From Zygophlyctis sp. KS116 (Eukaryota; Fungi; Chytridiomycota), in contig BAAFSQ010000135.1 in the NCBI GenBank assembly GCA_054661495.1, positions 1 to 26,249 of the forward strand: 26,249 nt of DNA, written 5' to 3'. Both the position numbers and the translations under genes were made by a program. The notes beneath the pieces are model-generated. The model had not been told where the DNA came from. It made no database searches and was given only the letters and a program-made list of their open reading frames with translations. Shown here in pieces: positions 9,561-20,517 of the stretch. The stretch's first letter is position 1, and the number at the start of each line of letters is the position of its first letter.

Positions 9561-11477
9561 TTAAACGATCCTATGAAAATTTTCTGAAACTTTGAAACTT
9601 TTCGTGTTAGCACAGCCGATCAAAAAGCTCTTGTGCCTTTTTTGACGCTTGGGCAATCAGGTCGTACTCAATACTAAGAGACTCTTGGATTCGATGAGTT
9701 TGAGATAGACCAAGATTTGAAGGCGCGGTTTGAGAGGAGAATTGCGAGGAAATAGAGTCCTTTTGAGTCCTAATCTAAAAATTACATCACAAATATTACA
9801 TCATCAATGGCAAGGCTAATTTTCTTCTTGATCAAAATTGCCAATCGTTTCAAATCAGAAAACCATTCTTTTTCAGCTGAATTCAGTTCAGGCTGTGTCT
9901 GATCCAAGAGAATTTGCAGGATAATACTAGATTTTGCGTCAAGTTTCTTTTGACGTTTAGCTATGGCATTTAATCTTTCTTGAAATTCTTGGTTAAAAGA
10001 AATATTTTTAGCACAAGATATGATATTATTTGCATTCTTTTGTTCTTGAAGAATATATTCTAATCTTGTTTTTAGCAAAACTCCTGCTTGGAATATTTGA
10101 GTCAGATGATCTCGAAGTCGTACAATTTCTTTTGTGAAATCATTCAACAATTTTTCAGAGATTCCTTCTGGATATTTTCCAACAGATTTAAATGTGCTAG
10201 GTCCTAATTTAGGAAAAGTAGGAATCTTAAATGGCTCCTTGACTTGCACAAAGCTTTGAATAGCTGCTTTTTTTGGTGAAACTACCTTGTTTACTGGTCT
10301 AATAGGTAAAATATCACGAAATTCATTTCCTGATTCCGTGATTACTCGGTATGAGTAGCCATACTCAAAATCTGATAAAATTTTCAGATCAGATACCGAA
10401 TCTAATTTGCCATCAAAAGTAGACATGACCCATTCTACACTTGTTTGAGAATCAGAAAAAATATTTTCATCAGAGTTTTTATAAAATTCCAAGATATTTT
10501 CCTTACACGCAGAAAAATCTATTCTATGCACCCCATAATCGTGATAGGCATAAACTATAGTTGAATACTTTGGATCTGCAATAAAGTTTACAAAAGTATC
10601 AATATTTTCATCATCAAAAAGAAAAATTTGTTCCAATAATATCCATTTTGGTACTTGATCCATTTTATCTCCCTTGAAATGAGGAGTCATTGGTATATCT
10701 TGTAAAAACAACTGCATCACTCCATTTCTATAACTTGTAAAAAACACTTGAACAACATGATCTTGAATTTTCAAATTAGTACTAAAAATATCCGACACGG
10801 TTGAATTCACACTAGAAAAATTTACAAAGTCAATTTCCACTTTTTCTATCCCTGTTTTCCCTTGAAACTTTGGATTATTCACTATTACTTTATCCGAGAG
10901 TAATTTTTCTTCTTGTTCAATATTTGATTTAACCTGTTTAAAAAGATCTTTAACCCATTCCTTTGCCCAATAACCACCAGACTGATCTATTCTAGACTTT
11001 AAATCCAAAAGTTTCTTAAAAGTAATCTGAAATTCTCTTGGTGCAACTGGACATAAAGTTTCTACGATAGCATCTTCATATACAATATAGATTGAAAAAT
11101 CCTTGATAAAGAAATTTACGGGCGATGAATAAGCCGAGAAAGACAAATTAGACACTCCAGTTAATGTAAAATCAGACTCTATCTTGTCTAAACTTAAATT
11201 ATACAAGAACAATTTAAATCCCAACAATATCAATATTTTTGAAGAGAATGGATGAAATCCAACTTTTGTAATTTTCAATTGAATTTCCCTGAAATTTCTA
11301 GATTTCAATGAAAAAAAAACTTTGTAATTCTTTCCCAAAATAACCAAATATTTAATATTTTCTACAACTTGTGAAATCTCAAAGGGAAATTCATAAAATT
11401 CCTTGGCTTTTAGAAATAGTTTCTTTCCTCTTGAATAAAACATTCGACACTGACCTACTAAATAGTTTCTCAAACAT
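9561..11477 (-). CDS. NUP82: Nucleoporin Nup82/Nup88-like; introns 11430-11454 and 9775-9799 (both 25 nt)
   Basis: Beta-propeller motifs FHPFS, IY..ED..V..LCPVAP, DPKY...YAYHDYGVHRI; coiled-coil C-terminus with QPELNSAEKEWFSDL. Start uncertain (11477 with intron, or 11443). Confidence 0.75.
9574..9698. promoter_or_regulatory. RRPE-like (TGAAAATTTTC, 9574-9584) and PAC-like (CGATGAG, 9692-9698) elements upstream of NSR1, within the Nup82 last exon
   Basis: Motif match to fungal ribosome-biogenesis promoter elements, about 47 and 165 bp upstream of the NSR1 ATG. Confidence 0.55.
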
Positions 11478-11545
11478 AGGCACAGACAGACACTCGACAC
11501 CCTCCCAAAACTTGCACTTCTCAGTGAATCATAAACTTTTGAGAA

Positions 11546-14500
11546 ATGGAGTCTTTTGACTTTATCGAAAAGGATGAATCATGGAATTTATTATCAGGAT
11601 TCTTTAGAAAAAATAGTATAGTAGATACAGTAGAAGTAAAGGAAGATAAAAGGGAATATTGGATGAGGGATGAGAATGTTTCAGAGTGTTATGATTGTAA
11701 AAACTTATTTACAACATTTCGTAGAAAACATCATTGTAGACTTTGTGGGCAAATATTTTGTTTTAAATGTTCTTCAGTCGTGGATGGGGGAAAATTGGGG
11801 TATACTGGAGCTGAAATTAGAGTTTGTAAATGGTGTATGAGTGTAGAAAGGTCAGAGCAAGCAATGTATGTTTTTTTTTTATTTTTTTTATAAACAATCA
11901 GCGTGTCAAAATCTAAATAATTAGAAGGTGTCCGTCACCTTTGTCAACAGCAGATAATGTTTCTCCAAGTCCTTTGTATGATTGGAATCCATTTTTTATA
12001 AAAGATGAAAAAGTGGCTCAGGATGATGAATGGGCATTGGTAATTTTATTTTTTAAAATTTTAAGAGTCCGTTTCGGTCAGCTTCTTTACAAAGTTTATC
12101 TACTACTGCAGAGACTGGAGAGCTTGTGAATTCAAAAACTGAATCGGAAGGTGGAACGCCAACAGTGACTGTTTTCAAAAAAGCTAAAGTGGGTAGAGTG
12201 ATTGGGAAAAAGAGGGGGACTTTTAATGCAAAGAGGACAAATCTCTCAAAATCAGTTAATTTACGCTCATTGAGTCAACCGTCACAGAAATTTTCAGAGG
12301 CATTAATTTCTCCTGTAGAAGCTACTGTTAATGCTTCTTCAACAATGGAGTTAAACAGCTTGTGTGTGGATCATTTAAAGCATATAAGTGCACAAATACT
12401 CTCTGAGGCTGGTTTAATAGATTGGAAAAATGTGGTTTATAATTTATTGCTTCAGGTGACAAGAAATCTGAATCCGGACATACGTTTGGGCGACGATAAA
12501 GATATAAGGCAATATATAAAAATCAAGCGTATTCCTGGTGGATCTCCCTCCAACTCTCATTATGTTTCTGGTGTCGTTTTTACGAAAAATGTATGCCATA
12601 AAAATATGCAATCACCAAAAGAAGATCCTCGAATTTTGCTTTTATCATTTGCTCTGGAATATCAGCGAGTTGAAAATGAATTCATTTCTTTTGGGGTTTT
12701 ATTGGCGCAAGAAAAAGAACATTTGAAGATTTTGGTCAGTCGAGTTGTTGCTCTGAAGCCGGATATTGTTTTAGTGCAAAAGCCTGTGTCTCGTCTTGCT
12801 CTTGAATTTCTTCTTGAAGCAGGAATTATTGTTTCTTATGGATTAAAGCCGAGTGTGATGGAGGCAATTGCAAGATGTACGTTGGCCGATATTATATCTG
12901 GGATTGATCAATTAACACTAGAGCCAAAGTTAGGTAAAGTTGTGCATTTTCTAACCTTGTCAGGTACTTGTAAAAATTTTAGACTTCAAACATACCAGCA
13001 TGAAGATATTCCTGATTTAAGGAAAACTTACAGTATTTTTTTCGTATTTTTATATAAAGTGTACTTTGAAGGCTGTAATGTTAGTCTAGGATGCACTATT
13101 GTACTTAGAGGTGCAAAAATGGAGACCTTGGGGAAGCTGAAACATATTATCGACTTCTTGTCGTACGTTGCTTATAACTTAAAATTGGAAACATCACTTT
13201 TGTGCGATCAGTTTGCTCTTATTCCACAACCACAGAGAGTTGTGATTAAATCTGAAAAAGATGAGATTTTGCCTTTACATGATCTTCAACGCCTGGAGTT
13301 TTCCCTTAACGAGGTTGCTAATCATTATCTGACTACTATTCTGTCATGTTCGCCAAGTATTGTTTTTACTGCGCCGTATGTACTATTGAAAAAACTGGAA
13401 GACATCAAAGCAAAGAAAAAGTTAATTGAATCTAAGCCCATTAAAGTTGAAGATGATAATGAATCTGACAAGAATATACTGGTTGAACCCACCCAAACAT
13501 TTGATTTAAATAAGTCTCCTGGCGAAGATGAAATGATTGTTAGCGCAATTGATTCTACTCGGCCCATTTCTTACGTTTCTTCCTTAGAGAAAGAGCGTGC
13601 CGATGTTGAATACATCGTGGAAAAGGCAAAATTGTCTCTGGATCCATTTTCTCATCAGCATATTGTGGTTTTGCGTTCATTGGTCTGTACAAAATGCGTA
13701 GAGCCCTGCCAGCCGCCAGAGCTGCAAATAATTGAATATTATCATGAGTCTGACGTGACTCTTGGTCAGTACCTAGAAGATCTCTATTATAAAATTCATT
13801 ACGCATGCTCAAACAAAGGTTGCGAAGAGCAACAGATATCACATGTACAAAACTACATTCATCAAGGCGGAGGTGTAAAAATTTCTGTCCAAGAAATGTT
13901 TTGTCCAAATCCTGGAATGGAGGATATAATGTTAATGTGGAGCGCTTGTAAGTTATGCTTCCAATCTACGCCTATATTGCCTATTTCGGAAAACACCTGG
14001 AAATATTCGTTTGGGAAATATTTAGAGCTGAGCTATTATTTACCCCAAATGGCTTGCCGTGCAGATATATGCCCTCATATGATCACAAGGGATCACATTA
14101 GGCATTTCAGCTGGAAAAATGTACTTATTAGTATCGAGTATATACCGATTCAAATCTTTGAAATATCAGTCCCTCCTTTGGATCTTGAAATTAAGTCTGA
14201 TGTCTTTGTCAAGTTAAGAGAAAAAGACGCAGAATCTTTAAGATCAGAAATTATTTCATATTTTGATTCAATATCCGAAAGAATCCAAAGTTTTAGCTAC
14301 GAGATTTTGCCGTTATCAAAAATACAACCAGCAAAAGAATTAATGAATGAAATGAGTAAGAAGTGCTCAATCGAAAAAAAGCTTCTCTTACAATTACTGC
14401 AACAAAAGTGTGTTAGTACTCAACCGGCAGATATTATTGCTTTGAATTATGTGAAAAAAGGTTTGTCAGAAAATGTTAACGAATGGGACGCTGAATTCAG

Positions 14501-16473
14501 CGCATTTGTAAGAAATTATGTCCAGCCAGATACTAGAGACTTGCGAAAAATCACAAGTGTTCAACTAAAAAAGATATTTGATATGGGGAAACCAGATCCA
14601 GAACTTGAAGATCTACCAACTATCAGCGAAAACTATCTACCTCTATTGGGAAGCTCGCCGAAGGATGACGCTCCAATTCATTCTCATTTTTCACCCATTC
14701 AATCACCGAGAAAAAGGCGGTTTTCCGTCGATATTATGCTTAGTCTAAGAAAATTAGATAATCGCATTCATTTGCCAAGATTTGGCTCTTCCCCCACTGA
14801 TCGCATCAAAATAACTCAGGAGCTCTATCGATCAGTTGAAATTAATTTATCCAAGTCGATATCTTTCCTTAATATATCTAAATTAAACTTGCATGATTCG
14901 CAAGAAATCACTCATGGTATGATGGTTTTTAGGCTAATAAAAAGAACAGTCCGTCTTAAAAAATGATATTGTCGACGATATACCTTTGCAATCAGAAGAA
15001 AAATTGGCTAATCATTTCAAGCATGCATCCTTGGCATTTGAAGAAGATGAACCTACACAATGGAACAATTTTACAGGCGTGACAGTCGAAAATGAACCAA
15101 CATCGGATGTAGTTCACCCCGAGAATTTTTTGCCGGGGGAAAGAACATCCATTATGAAAACTCTTACCAACTTTTGGACAGGTAACCAGGCCAATCTATT
15201 GCCGCTGGAGTATCCACAGTAAGTTTTGCAGTTATAACTTACTTTCAGCTGTATATTAGATCAATATTTACCTGACTCAATAATGTCAGTCCGTGAAGAC
15301 GAGCCTAGCTCCGTCATTGCCTATGCTCTGGGGTAAATTAATTATGGATTGATTATAGCTCGAAATGGTACAGAGATATCGTTTCTCTGAAACAGTCCGG
15401 AATTGAAAATTTCGAGAGTGTTTTGACTAGCCTGGATCCTCGGCATTCAGTAGAGCTGGATGATCAATTTGCCGACAACGAAGAGTCGCTTAGCAAAAAC
15501 AGTGGATCCCATGTACGATATCGTATGATTTTTCTCTTGTAATCGCTAGAATTTCTCGATAAATCAAATCCATTATACTGTAAAATATTTTTCGCCGAAA
15601 AGTTTGGAATCCTTCGAAAAAAATGTGGAATCGAAGACTCATTTGCGAAATCATTATCCCATAGTATTAAATGGGATGCATTGGGTGGAAAGTCTGGCTC
15701 GGCATTTTCTAAGACCAGAGATGATAGATTTGTCATTAAACAACTCTCACGCTTAGAAATGGATGCTTTGTATAAGTTTGCACCAAAATATTTGGACTAT
15801 ATGTCACATGCGTTTATTCATGAGGTATTTTTCTCTACGATTTGACAGCATAGTTGCCAACAATTCTGGCTAAAATTGTCGGCTTTTACAGATTAAGTTT
15901 TAAAAATGCTTCGGGGAAGACAATTAAGCAGGAAGTAGTAGTGATGGAAAATCTATTCTATGGGAGAAGAATCTCCAGGATTTTTGATTTAAAAGGCAGT
16001 ATTCGTAATCGTTTAGTTAAATCAACGGGCGATGAGAAGGAAGTACTTTTGGATGAAAATCTTGTTCAATGTATTCATCAGCATAAAATTCTAATTGAAT
16101 AGTTACAAATGAAAAGCCTTTATACATCAGAGAACACTCAAAGGTATATTTGTTTTTTTAAAAACGATAGAAACTTCTTCGTGCATCCGTTTGGAATGAC
16201 ACATTATTTTTATCTAAACTGAATGTAATGGACTACAGTCTCTTGGTTGGGATTGATGAGGCGAAACATGAGCTTGTTTTGGGAATCGTTGACTTTGTCC
16301 GAACCTTTACATGGGACAAAAAACTGGAAAGCTGGGTCAAGGAAACAGGAATTTTGGGAGGAGGGGGGAAAGAGCCTACGATTGTTTCTCCGAAACAGTA
16401 CAAGGTTCGATTTAGAGAAGCGATGGAACGCTACTTTCTCATGGTACCGGACAAATTCACGAGCATTTCATGA
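11546..16473 (+). CDS. FAB1: Canonical Fab1/PIKfyve PI3P 5-kinase; 11 introns (11866-11924, 12040-12065, 12934-12963, 13033-13059, 14917-14944, 15219-15248, 15333-15358, 15523-15549, 15825-15853, 16071-16102, 16144-16170)
   Basis: FYVE ([26 protein letters not shown]), CCT-like domain ([26 protein letters not shown] after splicing), Cys-rich region, VREDEPSS, kinase [33 protein letters not shown]. Confidence 0.95.
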
Positions 16474-16509
16474 TATTTTGCACTTTCTTTTGTTACCAAA
16501 TGATATTCT

Positions 16510-17850
16510 TTATGAATATTTAGATTTGAGCAGTTTTGCAATAGTTTGAAGTTGTATATTAGAAGTTCCCTATAATTTAAAAAAACATAATACCTCGTAA
16601 ATTGCTCCAATCTTACAGTCTCTAAAATATTTTTCGATTGGGAACTCTCGAGTAAATCCAACACCTCCAACCCATTCAATAGCTTTTGAAGCTGTTCGCT
16701 CTGCAACTTGAGAAGAATATAACTTGGCCATTGCAGCTTCTTGAACAAAGCTCTTTCCCTCTTCTTTAAGACGTGCTGCATTATATGTCAAAAGCCTAGC
16801 TGCTTCAATTTCAGTCGCAATTTGAGCAAATTGATGCTGCATCCCTACTTTATAAAATAATATATTCAACCTTGAAAATCACCAATAAAACTTCCAAACT
16901 GCTTTCTTTGATAAGTGTATGGTAAAGCATGATCAAAAACACCCTGCGCCAACCCAATCATTTGTGCAGCAATCCCAATTCTGCCTTCATTCAAAATTTC
17001 TATTGCATATTTGTAACCTTGTCCAACTTTTCCAAGAACATTTTCTTCAGGTACCTTTTTTAAAATCAAAAATAATTTATGATACCTCAACATCATCAAA
17101 AGCCAAAGAACAAGTAGAAGATGCTCTAATCCCCAACTTAATTTCTTTTTTAGCAACCTTGACACCCATATCTTTTTCAACAATAAAGCAAGTTATTCCT
17201 TTATAACCTTTTGATGGGTCTACATTTGCAAAAACCAAAAATATTTCAGCCTCATAAGAATTTGTGATCCACATTTTTGATCCATTTAAAACATATTTAT
17301 TTCCTTGACGTGTAGCTTTAGTTGACAATGCAAAAGCATCAGAACCAGATCCAGCTTCTGATAAACAAAAACATCCAACTTTATTCTCTGCCAACATTGG
17401 TAAATACTTATCTTGCTGTTCCTTTGATCCATACTTTTTAAAGAGAGTATTTACCAATGTATTCTGAACATCACAAACCACTGACACTGCAGGATCAACC
17501 TAATTTTTAAAATTACTATTTTTACTTTTGCCAATTCTTCGACTACAATAATCGCACTTGTAAATGAACATCCAGCTCCTCCATGATCAGGAGAAGTTTC
17601 TATTCCCATAAAACCTAGGATTTAGATTCCATAAAAACTATATACCTTGATCAAACAATCCTTTTAAAATACTTGGATCCAACAACTCGTTTTCATCCAT
17701 CATTGCAACTTTTGGAGCCAACTGATCTCTAGCAAACTTTCCCACGACTTCCTTCAACATCTTTTCTTCTTGGGTTAGAGTAGATAGAGATGGAATAGAA
17801 GAAAACATTCTTCTTGAAAGTAAACCAACAGATTTATTAAGTCCTCTCAT
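16510..17850 (-). CDS. ACADSB: Short/branched-chain acyl-CoA dehydrogenase, mitochondrial; introns 17615-17645, 17500-17525, 17055-17085, 16845-16870, 16570-16593
   Basis: [69 protein letters not shown]. Confidence 0.92.
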
Positions 17851-17904
17851 TCCAATAACTTTTTTTAGAGCCACCGTCGTAAAATTAGACGCGTTTGCCT
17901 AGCG

Positions 17905-18470
17905 TCAAGAACGCGACAGGGCGTCTTGGTACACACGATTAGCCTGTTCAACCCCATCATTCAATTGTCTATGAGCATAATCTACATGCTTATTATAATC
18001 TAATTTTGCATTATCTAATCTATGCTTATAATTCTTTTCTAGAGAATATTGTCTAGTTCCAGCACTAAAAAGACCTTTAACAGACCCAATTAACCCAAAT
18101 GAATTTGTAAAAGTATTCATTTTATCATTATTTCTCTGTAAATCTGCATCTCTTATCTTTCTCTCATGTTCTATTTGTGCATCTCTAATAGCTCTTGTAT
18201 GAGAGTTTTGAGCATCTTGAATTCTTCTTAATGAGTAGGATCTATGACTGATACTGGTGCCACATCTGGAACTGTAGAATGATGTCCGTTATTAGCAGAG
18301 GATCCTGGAACAAATAATGGACGATTTGATTGTGGATTAAATCTTGGATCATTCCATGTACTAATTCCAGTACTGGTATCTACAAAATACCATTGTTGAT
18401 GATTTGGATCCCATTGACTAATCCATCCAGGAGGTAATACATGCTGATTAGGAGGTTCTTGTGGATACAT
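17905..18470 (-). CDS. WW-domain protein with a probable coiled-coil C-terminus; frame break near 18230
   Basis: LPPGWISQWD...WYFVD..TG.STWNDP is a WW domain. The downstream frame (LRRIQDAQ...DALSRS) looks coding but is offset by 1 nt. Confidence 0.65.
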
Positions 18471-18496
18471 TGTATTACAATCTAAAATTTTAAAAT

Positions 18497-18980
18497 ATGC
18501 AAAAAGATCAGTTGGCATATAGAGTCTTGGGTATATCTTCTATTGTTGCTGTGACTGCTCTTGCATGGACAGTCTCTAGAAAATCTAAAAGTATATCTAG
18601 TAAATTTACAAATAGAAACTATTGGATTAATGCAAGACACAATGTTTTCTGCTAAAAATCCTAAAGCAGCAGCATACATCTTTGCTGGTCAAGCATTTGG
18701 AACTGCAACTGTTATTGTAGCTTGTAGTGCATTTGTATTTGGAATGGGAATATCTCAGTTAATGGACGTACATAATTTAGTAGAATTTAATCAGAAAATG
18801 TCAAAATGGAGTCAGTCTACTTTTCCAAGTCTACATATATCTTCTAATCAAGATCAGGAAGATGATTCTCATTTAGAATTAGTTAGAGAATGGATTAATG
18901 CACTAGATCAAGAACCTGAAGAATCTCCAGTCACACAGCATGTTTCTAAAAAACTAAAAAAACGTCTTGGTCTTGATTGA
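18497..18980 (+). CDS. Small two-TM protein, TMEM242/Aim11-like; intron 18591-18615
   Basis: The 25-nt intron joins MQKDQLAYRVLGISSIVAVTALAW to AGQAFGTATV...MDVHNLVEFNQKM, resembling the TMEM242 motif ALGWG..LGVHS..DF..KM. Confidence 0.6.
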
Positions 18981-18981
18981 T

Positions 18982-19615
18982 TTATTCATTAGACATTACT
19001 GGAAATTCAAATACAACTTCCTTTCCGGTTAATTTTTTATAAGCAGCAGAAAAAGTATCCAACTTGTATTCTAATGAGGTATGGTCTTTACGATCCAAAA
19101 ATCTAATATTTTAAGAAAAAAATCTACAACATACACTTTAATAACTCTTGAGCCATCTACTCGAACCTTGGTTCTCTTTCCAACAATTTCAGTAGGATAT
19201 ACCATATCTTCTAATAATTTCTCATGAACCATATTTAAAGTTCTTGATCTTGGTCTTAGTTGCTTGACTCTAGACAATCTTCCTGGTTTGGGAAGGATTC
19301 TACGTTGAGCAACTACAAGTACGTGGCGATCAGAGAATTTCTTTTCCAATTCTCGCACAAGTCTAGACTGAATCTTGTGACATTGTTTCAATAGAGGGAC
19401 TGGAACAAAGATAATGATTGCTTTCTTTCCATGACCGACATCAATCTTTTGTCTTAATAAAATTGTATTACCTGTTTAGCAGCACTGATCTGCAAGACTC
19501 GCAAGTCAGCTTTGAGTTCAGGAACAGAGTTTTCCAAGTCCAACATGTTTTGAGCAACTTGTAATTCTAATTCATCAGGAACAGTTCCTGCAGGCTTGAG
19601 AATCTTTGCTGACAT
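18982..19615 (-). CDS. RPS7: 40S ribosomal protein eS7; introns 19446-19471 and 19103-19134
   Basis: [55 protein letters not shown]. Confidence 0.97.
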
Positions 19616-19650
19616 TCTTTTTTTTGAGGGCTAAAGTGGCGTACACTTTG

Positions 19651-19680
19651 GTGCGTGTGCCTGTGCCTGTGCGTGTGCCT
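19651..19680. promoter_or_regulatory. Hexamer array (GTGCST)x5 in the RPS7/QDPR divergent promoter
   Basis: GTGCGT GTGCCT GTGCCT GTGCGT GTGCCT, starting 35 bp upstream of the RPS7 ATG; regulatory role is inferred. Confidence 0.5.
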
Positions 19681-19801
19681 CTGTGGTAAAACTTTTTCAA
19701 CATGGGGGTTCCTCAAAGTTCCTACGCTGCGACCACAATGCTGATAGGTTCACAGTTCACAAGACAAGTGGAGAGAGGTTGGGGAGTTCAAGACTTAAAA
19801 G

Positions 19802-20517
19802 ATGAACAAGACTTGCTTAATATTTGGTGGCTCTGGAGCTCTCGGCCGGTCTGTAATCTCGCATTTTAAATCTTTATCTATAATCACTATTAATATTGAC
19901 TATTCTCCAAATCCAGACGCAAGTACTAATATAAAGTTTGAAAGTCCAGATCAAATTATGAAAAGTCTTCAAAACGTACTAGGAACGAATTCTTTAGATT
20001 CTATTATAAATGTTGCTGGAGGTTGGGCTGGTGGCAATGCTAGTTCACCAGATTTATTAGAAAAAACAATCTTGATGTTTGATCAGTCGGTAAAATCTTC
20101 TGTATTTGCGGCTAGTTTAGCTTCAAATATGTTGAAAGAATCTGGTTTATTAGTATTGGTAGGGGCTGCTGGCGCTCTAGAACCAACACCTGGAATGTTG
20201 GCATATGGAATGGCAAAAGCATCTGTTCATCATTTAGTAAAGTCTCTCGGTTCACCAGAGTCTGGATTACCTAAAAATGCAATTTGTACTGGGATTTGTC
20301 CAGTTATTTTGGATACGCCAAATAATCGTAAATGGACGCCAAATGAAGATTTTAGTACTTGGACGCCATTGCAAGAAATTGCACAGTAAGTTTTATTTTT
20401 ATTTTAATTTCTTGAAAATTCGGGGCTTGGACAATGAAATCAGAAGTGCCTGTGACTGGGGGACTGTACAAATTGATGACAAAGGACAATATAACTACTT
20501 GGGATCTAGTGCAGTAG
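19802..20517 (+). CDS. QDPR: Dihydropteridine reductase (SDR family); exon 2 probably 20415-20517
   Basis: GGSGALG, VAGGWAGG, TPGMLAYGMAKASVHHL, SGLP, PVILDTPNNRK, DFSTWTPL; exon 2 KFGAWTMKSEVPVTGGLYKLMTKDNIT matches the family C-terminus. Confidence 0.93.
20386..20414 (+). other. Putative non-canonical 29-nt GT...TG intron in QDPR
   Basis: Consensus GTAAGT donor and T-rich body, with no AG giving the conserved frame; ending at TTG restores an ungapped QDPR C-terminus. Confidence 0.6.

Noticed and set aside
11546-16473. Fragmented ORFs as pseudogenes or an alternative genetic code
   Set aside because: Breaks are explained by GT-AG introns restoring conserved motifs, and TAA, TAG and TGA all terminate conserved genes normally.
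20451-20458. Homol D-like TGTGACTG here and CAGTCACA at ~18928
   Set aside because: Inside coding sequence, not at the RP gene promoter, and too few to exclude chance.
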